The notes under the pieces: generated by a model
What the model was told of the DNA's origin: nothing
The model's database searches: none
The model's input: only the letters and a program-made list of their open reading frames with translations
Shown here: positions 27,742 through 36,627 of the stretch, in pieces
How positions within the stretch are numbered: position 1 is the stretch's first letter
Layout: each line of letters opens with the position of its first letter
Origin: Sphingomonadaceae bacterium
GTDB taxonomy: Bacteria > Chloroflexota > UBA6077
Assembly: GCA_050261575.1 (NCBI GenBank)
Contig: JBLNDL010000025.1
Coordinates: 79,115-117,855, forward strand
DNA: 38,741 nt
Reading direction: 5' to 3'
Made by a program: the position numbers and the translations under genes

Positions 27742-28592
27742 GGATTGGAGCCCACGTCTCAACCGCCGGTGGCGTCCACACTGCCATCGGCCGAGCCCTC
27801 GAGATCGGGGCCAACTGTATACAGATCTTTGCCGGTACCCCTCAGCGCTGGGCGGAACCCCGCTTCCCCGAGGAGGACGTGGCCGCTTTCCGCCGCCTCT
27901 CCCAGGAGCACGACATCCGGCCGACATTCATCCATAGCGCCTACCTGCTCAACTTTGCGTCCCCCGATCCCACCCTTCGGGAGAAGTCGCGCCGCTCGCT
28001 CCTGGCTGCCCTCTCCTGCGCGGAGGTCCTGGGCGCCGTGGGGGTGATCACCCACCTGGGTAGCAGCAGGGATGGGAACCCTCGGGAGGCGGAGGATTAC
28101 GTCTGCGATTCCCTGGCCGAGGTGCTGCGCCAGGCTCCGCCGGGGCCGCTGCTGCTGCTCGAGAGCTGCGCTGGCCAGGGAAACACCATCGGGCGACGGT
28201 TCGAGCAATTGGGCTCCATCCTCCGCAGACTCGGGGGCGACCCCAGGGCTCAGGTGTGTCTGGATACGGCGCACATTTTCGAGGCCGGCTACGACATCAC
28301 CACTATCGAAGGCCTCGAGCTAACCCTGGAGCAGTACGATCGTAACGTGGGGCTTGCTAGCCTGCGAGCCTTCCACGTCAACGATTCCAAGACACCCCTG
28401 GGTTCCAACGTGGACCGCCACGAGAACATCGGCTACGGCCTGATCGGTGAGGAGCCTCTCGCGAGGATCTTGCGCCATCCAGCACTACGGCACATTCCCT
28501 TCATCCTGGAAGTCCCGGGCATGGACGGCAAGGGGCCCGACAAGCCCAACATCGATACACTTCGGCGTCTGGCAGGGCTGAGGGATGCTTGA
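27738..28592 (+). CDS. nfo: Endonuclease IV
   Basis: ATG 27738 (ATGA overlap); IGAHVSTAGG, HSAYLLN, CLDTAHIF, HVNDSK, DRHENIGYG. Confidence 0.95.
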   Translation: MRIGAHVSTAGGVHTAIGRALEIGANCIQIFAGTPQRWAEPRFPEEDVAAFRRLSQEHDIRPTFIHSAYLLNFASPDPTLREKSRRSLLAALSCAEVLGAVGVITHLGSSRDGNPREAEDYVCDSLAEVLRQAPPGPLLLLESCAGQGNTIGRRFEQLGSILRRLGGDPRAQVCLDTAHIFEAGYDITTIEGLELTLEQYDRNVGLASLRAFHVNDSKTPLGSNVDRHENIGYGLIGEEPLARILRHPALRHIPFILEVPGMDGKGPDKPNIDTLRRLAGLRDA

Positions 28593-29340
28593 TCTCCGCT
28601 CCACCACGCTTGGTCGCCCCTGGATCATCGGCCACCGCGGCGCCTCCGGTGAAGCTCCGGAGAACACCCTGGCGGCCTTCCGCCTGGCTATGGAGCAGGG
28701 TGCCGACCTGATCGAGACGGACGTGCATCTTACTTCCGACGGCGTGCCGGTCCTGATACACGACCACTCAGTGGATCGAACCACCAACGGCCGCGGACTC
28801 GTAGCACAGATGACGCTGGCGCAGATCAAGTCGCTGGACGCTGGCTCGTGGTTCGGCCCCGAACACACGGGGGAGAGGATCCTCACCCTGGACGAGTTGC
28901 TGGAATGGGCAGCAGGGAGGATGCCGGTCTCCCTGGAGATCAAGAACCGCCCGATCCACTATCCAGGGATCGAGGACCGAGTGGTGGAAGCCCTTCGCCG
29001 CCACGACATGGTCCAGTCCGCCATCGTCGTATCCTTCGACCACGCCGTTCTCCTCCGAGTCAAGCAGCGGTGCCCCGATCTGCTGACGGGTGTCCTCTTC
29101 GCCTGCACTCCGGTGGCTGCCTCCAGTCTGGCCCTGCAGGCCCAGGCGAACTGTCTCCTCCCCCATTGGAGCAACGTGACGAGGGAGATGGTGAGCGAGG
29201 CCCACGCCCACCGGCTAGCGGTGAGCCCGTGGGTGGTGGACGAGAAGGAGGAGATGGGCTGGGTTCTCGACCTCGGCGTCGACGCGGTCGCCACCAACTA
29301 CCCAGCCAGGGTCGTCTCCTGGCTCACGGGAATGGGTTAG
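28585..29340 (+). CDS. Glycerophosphodiester phosphodiesterase family protein
   Basis: IGHRGAS, PENTLAAF, IETDVH, HDHSVDRTT, LEIK, TNYP. Confidence 0.94.
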   Translation: MLDLRSTTLGRPWIIGHRGASGEAPENTLAAFRLAMEQGADLIETDVHLTSDGVPVLIHDHSVDRTTNGRGLVAQMTLAQIKSLDAGSWFGPEHTGERILTLDELLEWAAGRMPVSLEIKNRPIHYPGIEDRVVEALRRHDMVQSAIVVSFDHAVLLRVKQRCPDLLTGVLFACTPVAASSLALQAQANCLLPHWSNVTREMVSEAHAHRLAVSPWVVDEKEEMGWVLDLGVDAVATNYPARVVSWLTGMG

Positions 29341-29367
29341 TACTTACCGGCAGCAGACGAGGCCCGG

Positions 29368-32300
29368 TCATCCCCTGTCGTTCCCAGGTACCAGTGGAAG
29401 TGTGAAGCCGAAGGTGCTGCCTCGCCCGGCGATGCCCTGGCTCTCCACCCACACCTTTCCCCCGTGCAACTCCACCAGCCCCTTGGCGATCGCGAGGCCC
29501 AACCCCGTCCCCCCAAATGGCCGCCGGGAAGACGAATCCACCTGGTGGAATTTGTCCCAGATGCGCTCCTGCTGCTCCGGCGGGATGCCCACCCCGGTGT
29601 CGGTAACGGTCACCTCCATGGTGCCGGGCCCTGCCTCGCCTGAGCCGACCATGCGTCTCTGGGAAGCCTGCACACCCTCGGAAAGCCGGGCCGCCACGCT
29701 GACCCTTCCGCCCTCTGGCGTAAACTTGATGGCGTTGGACAACAAGTTGCCGAGGATTCGCTGGAGCTGCTCCTCGTCGGCCAGTACGGGGGGCAGACCG
29801 CTCGGCACCTCCTGCGCCAGGCAGATCCTCTTGGCGGAAGCCAGCACCGACACGGCAGAGAGGGCACGGTCGACCGCAGCCTGCAGGTCGATCTGGGCAA
29901 GCAAGAGTTCCTGTTTGCCCGCCTCCAGGCGCGACATATCCAGCAGGTCGTTGATCAGCGCCAGCAGCCGGTGGGCAGCCGTGCGCACCGAGCCGAGCGC
30001 TTTCACCTGACTGGGAGCCAAGGGGCCCCTGAGACCCCTCAGCAGTATGTCCGTGTAGCCCAGGACAGCCGTGATGGGGGTTCGAAGCTCGTGGGACACC
30101 ACTGCCACGAACTCATCCTTCATACGCTCCACCTCGCGCTCGGCAGTCACGTCCCTCAGCACCACCACCGCCCCTGCAATGTCCCCCTCCTCCCTGCGCA
30201 ATGGGCTGGCGCTGGCGCTCAGCACCCGTTCTCCACCCCCAGCAGCAACTGTGATGCTCTCCCCGATCACGGTGGCGCCGCCCAATGCCCTCCCGATGAG
30301 GGAGGTGCCGGAGGCATTGCCCCTTCCTCTTCGGTCCTTCGTATCGCCGACAGCCTGCTTCTGAGTGTCAAACAGCAGATTCGTGCTCTGGCCCAGCATC
30401 CTCCGGGCAGATTCGTTGATCACGGAGACCTCGCCAGACTCGTCGGTGACCACCACCCCGTCGACCATCTGCGAGATTATCGCCTCCAGGTGCCGGCGTT
30501 GGGCCTGGCTCTCCTGGAACAACCGGTTGCTCTCCACGGCGCCCCCCACCCGGTCGGCTAGCTCCTTCACGAGCGATAGGTCCGAGCGGCTGAAAGGCTG
30601 GCGCGTGTGGGTATTCATGACGAGCAACACGCCGACGGTACGCCCCATCGCCCTCATCGGTGCCGCCATGCGGGATGTAGGGGTGATCATCCGGAGGATG
30701 GCGATCTCCTCCACCGACTGAGCCTGCTGCTGCACCTCGGCTGCGATCTCGTCCCTGGTCACCCGTGAAGCCAACGTCGCCTCCCCGGTCGCGGCCACCA
30801 CGCCCACCAGTCCCTCGTTCAGCCTGACCGCACGCTTGCTCAGAACAGAGCGAATCGCCTTCAACTCCTCCTCGTCAGGGTGGTAGGCAGCCTCCAGCCT
30901 CAACAGCTTCTCCCGCTCGTCCAGCAGATAGATGCTGCACCAGTCGCCCACCACTTCGGCGGTGCGCCGCGCCACCAAGTCCAACAGCCTCCGCAGTTCG
31001 GCGCCACCACCAAGCAACGCCCCCACCTCGGAGAGAAGTCGGGACCGACGCTCGGCGCGCTGCAGTTCGCCAACCTTCTCTCGCAACCGTTCGTCCGTCT
31101 GCTCGTATAGCTGGGCGTTCTCGATCGCAAGGCCCAACTGGTAGCCCACCGCCGTCAGCAGGTCTCGGTCCCGAACGGCGAAGGCCCCTCCCTCCTTGCC
31201 GACCATAGCGATCATCCCCAGCAGCCTCCCCTTGCTGGCGATCGGCGCGCACGTGCACACGCCCATGGGGGCGGTACGCGCGAGCGATAACCCGAGCCTG
31301 CGCACCGGTTCGAGATCCTGCGCATCGGCCTGCGAACCACACGATTCCCCCGAAAGGGCCAGCCCCTTGGGGAGGCGCATCCGTCTGCCGCGGAGTGCCT
31401 CGAGCAGTCCCATCGGGAGCCCACGCCAGGCGGACAGTCGAAGTTGGTCCGTACCCTCCGAAAGCAGGAAGATCGCCCCGCCGCTCGCGCGCATCACCTT
31501 CATCACCTTCTCGATGGCCAATTCGAGAAGCTGGTCCGGCTTGAGCGTGCCGCTGATCGCCTCGACTATGTCCACAAGGGCGTCCAACTCGCGGTTGCGA
31601 GCGTCCAATTCGGCGACGGTTCGCTCCAGTCGGTCTTTCGCCACTATTAGCTGGATGTGGGGACGCTGGACGGAGGAAACAAGCAGCGCCCGAAAGACCA
31701 GGTAAAACGCGATCACCCTGTACCCGTGTCCCAACAAGTCGTAGACGCCGAAGGAGGTCAAGAAGATACAGAAGGCCACCATGGCGAAGACGTAGGCGAC
31801 CAGCGCAGCCATCAGCAACACCAGAGACTCATCCCGTTGGGACGCGTACAGCCTCACATAGGCCAAGAGCGCCCCCAGGCTCAGGGGTACGGCCGCGTAC
31901 TCCAGCGCCAGCTTCAGAGGCGTGTCACCCTGCCCCTCGACGTAGAGGGCCGGAAGCATCGATTCGAAGAAGACGACGCCGACGAACACGACCCCACAGG
32001 TCAGCAGGTTTGCGGCCGCCAGAATACTTCGGTCCAGAAGGCGTCCCCGGGCATCGGGATGGACGTGCGCTGCAATCCACAGCACGCCCGCGGGCCAGAG
32101 GTTGGAGGCAACCCAGAAGTAGGTCGCCTTGTCCAAGGTGTTGGGGGTCACGAAATCGGGCATGCCCTGGAAAGAGAAGATGTGCATGGTGCTGAAGGCC
32201 GCGACCGGCAGGAAGCCCGCGGCTACGAAGAGGCTCTGGGCATTGCGACTCTGCTTGGTTGCCTCCCAGTTCACTATGAAGATGGCAAAACTGACCAGGA

Positions 32301-32532
32301 TGCTCGCCAGCTCAATCAGAACGTGCACCGCGAGGTAACGGGGGAGTGGAAGGACGAAGGAGGACTGCAAGCTGAAGATCGTAGCGAGGAGGAATAGCCC
32401 ACCGAAGGCCAGTCCCACCAAGAGCAGCAGACCACCAGGGTGGTTCTGGTATCGAGAAGGCGCCATCGTGCCCAAACTCGTCGCGCTCCGGGAGCGTACT
32501 TTTCGACGAGGAGCCTGAACCGTCTCCCACAC
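29368..32532 (-). CDS. Membrane sensor histidine kinase (MASE3-like, GAF, GAF, PAS, HisKA, HATPase)
   Basis: Multi-TM N-terminus with HVLIELASI, HIFSFQGMP, LLGHGYR; SHELRTPIT, NLLSNAIKFT, GTGLGL. Start uncertain. Confidence 0.9.
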   Translation of the reverse strand: MWETVQAPRRKVRSRSATSLGTMAPSRYQNHPGGLLLLVGLAFGGLFLLATIFSLQSSFVLPLPRYLAVHVLIELASILVSFAIFIVNWEATKQSRNAQSLFVAAGFLPVAAFSTMHIFSFQGMPDFVTPNTLDKATYFWVASNLWPAGVLWIAAHVHPDARGRLLDRSILAAANLLTCGVVFVGVVFFESMLPALYVEGQGDTPLKLALEYAAVPLSLGALLAYVRLYASQRDESLVLLMAALVAYVFAMVAFCIFLTSFGVYDLLGHGYRVIAFYLVFRALLVSSVQRPHIQLIVAKDRLERTVAELDARNRELDALVDIVEAISGTLKPDQLLELAIEKVMKVMRASGGAIFLLSEGTDQLRLSAWRGLPMGLLEALRGRRMRLPKGLALSGESCGSQADAQDLEPVRRLGLSLARTAPMGVCTCAPIASKGRLLGMIAMVGKEGGAFAVRDRDLLTAVGYQLGLAIENAQLYEQTDERLREKVGELQRAERRSRLLSEVGALLGGGAELRRLLDLVARRTAEVVGDWCSIYLLDEREKLLRLEAAYHPDEEELKAIRSVLSKRAVRLNEGLVGVVAATGEATLASRVTRDEIAAEVQQQAQSVEEIAILRMITPTSRMAAPMRAMGRTVGVLLVMNTHTRQPFSRSDLSLVKELADRVGGAVESNRLFQESQAQRRHLEAIISQMVDGVVVTDESGEVSVINESARRMLGQSTNLLFDTQKQAVGDTKDRRGRGNASGTSLIGRALGGATVIGESITVAAGGGERVLSASASPLRREEGDIAGAVVVLRDVTAEREVERMKDEFVAVVSHELRTPITAVLGYTDILLRGLRGPLAPSQVKALGSVRTAAHRLLALINDLLDMSRLEAGKQELLLAQIDLQAAVDRALSAVSVLASAKRICLAQEVPSGLPPVLADEEQLQRILGNLLSNAIKFTPEGGRVSVAARLSEGVQASQRRMVGSGEAGPGTMEVTVTDTGVGIPPEQQERIWDKFHQVDSSSRRPFGGTGLGLAIAKGLVELHGGKVWVESQGIAGRGSTFGFTLPLVPGNDRG

Positions 32533-32721
32533 CGGCGAGATCAGCGACGAAGCACCCTCGTCACGACGACTGTGACAGGCCGCCCACCCGGTCTTCGATC
32601 GCTACGGCCTTCGCACCTAGGACCACACCCCCAGAGAATGCGGCCGTTGGATCGCAGAGGCGCCGGGCACATCGGCATCTACAGCATAGCACAGACCATG
32701 CCCGACGCATCAAGCCACTGG

Positions 32722-32737
32722 TGGCATGCCCCGTGCA
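32722..32737 (+). promoter_or_regulatory. Sigma54-like motif upstream of hypothetical 32902
   Basis: TGGCATGCCCCGTGCA (GG-N10-GC). Confidence 0.4.
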
Positions 32738-32901
32738 CGAGACGACGCCTGCCCAGCGAGGTGATGCGGTTGCCCGTGCCCCCAAACGAGACGCCAACGA
32801 GGGGCGCATCGAGACGAAGGATAATCGGGATACCGCCCACGTCGGCAAGACTCTCTACGTGGTGCACCTCGCGAGGGCACACCCGCCAAGGAGGGAATGG
32901 G

Positions 32902-33354
32902 ATGTCCACCAAAGACGGTGCGGCGCCGGTGCTGACCATCGATGAAGCTGTTGAGCTCTACTTCGACCTGCTGCAGCAGAGCAAAGGGCTAGAGCAGCAG
33001 GTCCGCTTCCTGAGAGATAGGATCCTACAGTCCATCTCATCACAACGGATCGATCATCTGGTGGTCGACGGCCTCGAGGTCGAGCGCCAGGTGCGCCACC
33101 ATCCACCTCAACTCAACGAGGATCGGGCGGTGCAGATCTTGGCGCAGCACGGGCGGTTGGAGGAGTGCCAGGTCGAGGTGCTGGATCAGGAGAAGGCCAG
33201 GGCCGTCATCGACGAACTGTTTCGGCACGGCGCCATCAGCAAGGACGAACTCCCCTACATCTACGTCAAACCCACTCAGGCGCTGGTGGTCCGCCGTGTG
33301 GAGCTTCCCGCTGCGGCGGAGCGAGAGGAGCGCCCAGCCCGTCGGGCTGCCTGA
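32902..33354 (+). CDS. Hypothetical protein with N-terminal coiled coil
   Basis: ATG 32902 after AAGGAGG; MSTKDGAAPVLTIDEAVELYFDLL... Confidence 0.78.
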   Translation: MSTKDGAAPVLTIDEAVELYFDLLQQSKGLEQQVRFLRDRILQSISSQRIDHLVVDGLEVERQVRHHPPQLNEDRAVQILAQHGRLEECQVEVLDQEKARAVIDELFRHGAISKDELPYIYVKPTQALVVRRVELPAAAEREERPARRAA

Positions 33355-33523
33355 GAGCGGCTGCATCTGAGCGCCGGGGCCACGGACGGCGATACGTAGA
33401 GCGGGGGGGCGCCACTGCCCTGGAAGCTAGCCCGTACCTGCCAGGCGCATCTATGTCGGGGTATCCCATCATGCCTTATAATGGTTGGGTGGAGGCAGAT
33501 CGGCACTGGGGAGGGAACATTAG

Positions 33524-34285
33524 ATGTTGCTTACCTACGAGAGAGGGGACGCCCAGCGGCCCAAGGGCCATGCCCTGCTGTACTTCCGGAGCTGGACCGA
33601 TCCCAACAGCATCTTTGCCACCTACCTGATCGTCCCCCCCATAGCCGTGGAGATCTCCAAGTACATCCCGCCCATGTTCGCCGGGCAGCTTCAGCAGATG
33701 GGGATGGGCACCGGTGGGATCGCCGTGTTCCCCTACCCGCCGATCCCAGAGAAGGTGGAGAGCCAGGCATACCTGCAGAGACTGGCCGAGGCGCGCGACG
33801 ACGACCTGATCTTCGGGGGCTCGGCCGATACCTCGGCGCCAGACAGGATGCTCCACGCGGCCGCGGAGGCCGCTCAGCAGTATTTGCAGAGCTACACCAC
33901 CCACATCGAGAGTCTCGCCAGCACGCCCGAGCCGGAGCTGATGATCGAGGAATCCGGCAGCGTGGACGTGAACGAAGTGCTGTACGGCCTCATGGGCGAA
34001 CGCGATCGGCTCGCCGAGCTGGCGAAGCTGAGCGGACAGTTGCGCTACGCGGTGGCCGGCCGCGACACCCACCTGATCGAGGACACCGTGGCCGAGATCC
34101 AGCGGCTTGGCAAATACCTGCCCGAGAAGTACAAGGCGGAGGAGATACTCCAGGCAGCACGACGGCCGGGTGCCGAAGGGGACCGTCTCGCGCAACTCTA
34201 CCTGGACCGGGCCTACAAGCTGGCCAACGAGGACTACGAGGGTCTCCAGGAGTTGGAGGAGGAGATCCGAAGGCTCAAGGGGTAG
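33524..34285 (+). CDS. Hypothetical protein, helical acidic C-terminal half
   Basis: GGAGG RBS, TATAAT at 33477-33482, GC3-rich codons; no family recognised. Confidence 0.85.
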   Translation: MLLTYERGDAQRPKGHALLYFRSWTDPNSIFATYLIVPPIAVEISKYIPPMFAGQLQQMGMGTGGIAVFPYPPIPEKVESQAYLQRLAEARDDDLIFGGSADTSAPDRMLHAAAEAAQQYLQSYTTHIESLASTPEPELMIEESGSVDVNEVLYGLMGERDRLAELAKLSGQLRYAVAGRDTHLIEDTVAEIQRLGKYLPEKYKAEEILQAARRPGAEGDRLAQLYLDRAYKLANEDYEGLQELEEEIRRLKG

Positions 34286-34369
34286 CCGCCCCCCGTTCGC
34301 CCCGTTTCCAGCCTCCCGAATTGCAGCCCCGAGCGGTTGTTCACACACCCTCGATCTGGAGGTATCCCT

Positions 34370-35677
34370 ACGAGACGCTTCAAGATCCAGGCCACCCTGG
34401 GCCCGGCGAGCACCAATCTGGAGACCCTTCGGCAGATGGCGGACGCCGGCATGGATGCCTGCCGGCTGAACATGTCACACTGCTCCCACGACCTGGGCAA
34501 GACGCTCGTCGCGACCATCCGCCGTCTGTCCGCCGAGACCGGCCGGCCCATCGCCGTAGGGGCCGACCTGCGCGGTCCCAAGCTGCGCATCGGCGAAGTG
34601 GAGGGAGGCCGCGTCCTGCTGGATCGCGGCGCGAGGCTGGACCTGGTCTCCGGCCGCAGGCCCAGCGATGATCGAACCATCTCGGTCGACTACAGATTCC
34701 TGGCCGAAGACGTCCGGCCCGGTTCCGCCATCCTGCTGAACGACGGTGCCATCGTCCTGAGGGTGGTGGAGACCTGGCGGGAAACGGTGATCTGCCACGT
34801 AGAGAAGGGAGGCACTCTCACCTCCAGGAAAGGAATCAATCTCCCCGGGGTTCCGCTGAGGGTGCCCTCGCTGACCAACAAGGATCTGGACGACCTCACC
34901 TTCGCCGTGTCGAACGGTGCCGACTTCCTATTCCTCTCCTACGCCCGTTCGGCACAGCACATCCGCGAGGTCCGTCGGGTGATGGAGCGATTGGGCGCCC
35001 GCCTGCCCCTGGTCGCGAAGATCGAGCGGCAGGAAGGAGTGGATGCACTCGCCGAGATCGTGGATGAGGCCGACGGCATCTGCATCGCGCGGGGCGATCT
35101 GGGGATAGAGACGCCTCTCGGCTCGGTGCCGGAGATCCAGCGACAGGCGGTGCGGCTTTGCCGCCAGGCAGGCCGGTTCGCCATGATGGGCGGGCAGGTG
35201 CTGTCCAGCATGGTGGAGAGCCCGATCCCGCTGAGGGCAGAGGTGTCCGACGTGGCGGCCGCCGTGCGGGACGGGATGGATGCGCTGGTCCTGTCGGACG
35301 AGACCGCCGTTGGCGCCTACCCGATTGAGGCGGTTCGGGCCGCAGCGCAGATAGCCGCGTGGACCGAGCAAGCGGTCGCCCGCGACCGCGAAGCCGGCCG
35401 GCCCGACGGCGCGCAGGCAGGAGAATCGGGCGCGGTGGTGGTGGTCTCCAGGGACGGCAGCGCGGCGCGTTGGCTATCGGTGAGCAGAGGGGCATCCCGA
35501 ATACTGGCCATCGTCGATCGGCCGTTGGAGGCGAACTGGCTCTCCACCTGTTGGGGTGTGGTGCCGGTGCTCGTCGAGGACTGCGCCGACGGGGCCGCCG
35601 TCCGCGCGGCCATCGAGGCAGCAGTTGCGGCCCACCCGGAGTTCGCCTCCGCCCGCGTACTCGAGCAGCGCCCCTGA
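34370..35677 (+). CDS. pyk: Pyruvate kinase-like protein (divergent)
   Basis: KIQATLGPAS, DLRGPKLR, KGINLPG, AKIER, ARGDLG, RAEVSDV. Start ACG 34370 (SD-supported) or TTG 34337. Confidence 0.85.
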   Translation, partial: TRRFKIQATLGPASTNLETLRQMADAGMDACRLNMSHCSHDLGKTLVATIRRLSAETGRPIAVGADLRGPKLRIGEVEGGRVLLDRGARLDLVSGRRPSDDRTISVDYRFLAEDVRPGSAILLNDGAIVLRVVETWRETVICHVEKGGTLTSRKGINLPGVPLRVPSLTNKDLDDLTFAVSNGADFLFLSYARSAQHIREVRRVMERLGARLPLVAKIERQEGVDALAEIVDEADGICIARGDLGIETPLGSVPEIQRQAVRLCRQAGRFAMMGGQVLSSMVESPIPLRAEVSDVAAAVRDGMDALVLSDETAVGAYPIEAVRAAAQIAAWTEQAVARDREAGRPDGAQAGESGAVVVVSRDGSAARWLSVSRGASRILAIVDRPLEANWLSTCWGVVPVLVEDCADGAAVRAAIEAAVAAHPEFASARVLEQRP

Positions 35678-35795
35678 GTCCGCGACCCCGATACCGGCGG
35701 AGCCACCGGGGTAGGGGATCACACCTATCGTAGAACTGCGCTCCGGCCTGCACCCACAGCGCCATTTGGTGGCGCGGCCCCTGTCGAGAGACCTG

Positions 35796-36548
35796 TTACC
35801 TGGCGACCCTGTACCTCAGGAACAGCTCGCCCTCGTGGTGGTAGAGGCTCACTATCTGCAGCCGTGGCAGGCGGTCCGCAGGAAAGGCCCGACCCTCCAC
35901 CATGGTCCTCATCGCCGTGCCACCGATGATCTTCGGGGCAACCGTCCAGAACAGCTCGTCCACCATGCCCCTTGCGAACAGGGCGGAGTTCAGGCTGGGC
36001 CCGCCCTCCGCGACCAGCCACCGGATGCCCAAATCCTCCGCCAGCAGCCGCATCATCAGGACGAGGTCCACCTCCTCGTCTCCGGCGCGGACCACCCGCG
36101 CGTGCTCCTCCAGCACTTCCACCCTAGCCTGGGGAGCACGCCGGGTCGTCACCACGACTCGGGGAAAGGCCGTCGACTTGAAGAACGTGCGGTCCAGGGG
36201 CAGGTCGGCGGTGGATGTCACGACGATGGCGGTCGGCTGGGGCGCCATGCCGCGCGCCACCCGCCGATCCTGGAGATCGATCGGGACGCTGGGATTGACG
36301 TTCTCCCTCCGCAGGGTCTCGGCGCCCACCAGCACCGCGTCGACCGCCATGCGGATCCGGCGCATCGCCTGGTGGTCGACCCGGCTGCCGATGGAGTATG
36401 CCTTCCCACCGATGGTGGCCTTTCCATCCACGGAGGTTACCATGTTCACGGCCACGTGGGGGCGTCCCGGGGGGCCGGATGGGAAGGACAGATCCCTGTA
36501 GATCTCCTGTGGTTCCAACGGCTCGAACCGGGGAAACAGCATCTCCAT
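35796..36548 (-). CDS. RibD C-terminal domain reductase (DHFR-like fold)
   Basis: RPHVAVNMVTSVDG, DAVLVGAETLR, EGGPSLN, VDEL, APKIIGG. Confidence 0.9.
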   Translation of the reverse strand: MEMLFPRFEPLEPQEIYRDLSFPSGPPGRPHVAVNMVTSVDGKATIGGKAYSIGSRVDHQAMRRIRMAVDAVLVGAETLRRENVNPSVPIDLQDRRVARGMAPQPTAIVVTSTADLPLDRTFFKSTAFPRVVVTTRRAPQARVEVLEEHARVVRAGDEEVDLVLMMRLLAEDLGIRWLVAEGGPSLNSALFARGMVDELFWTVAPKIIGGTAMRTMVEGRAFPADRLPRLQIVSLYHHEGELFLRYRVAR

Positions 36549-36569
36549 AATAGCCCTCAGTACCTAGGG

Positions 36570-36617
36570 CCGAGGACCGAGGACTGAGCATTCAGGGCTC
36601 GGCACTCAGCACTCAGA
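36570..36617. repeat. Inverted arrays of 7-nt tandem repeats
   Basis: CCGAGGA-CCGAGGA-CTGAGCA then CTCGGCA-CTCAGCA-CTCAGA. Confidence 0.6.
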
Positions 36618-36627
36618 ACCATGCCGC

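Noticed and set aside
32721..32945. 74-aa ORF upstream of 32902
   Set aside because: No recognisable motif, overlaps the next gene and the putative promoter region.
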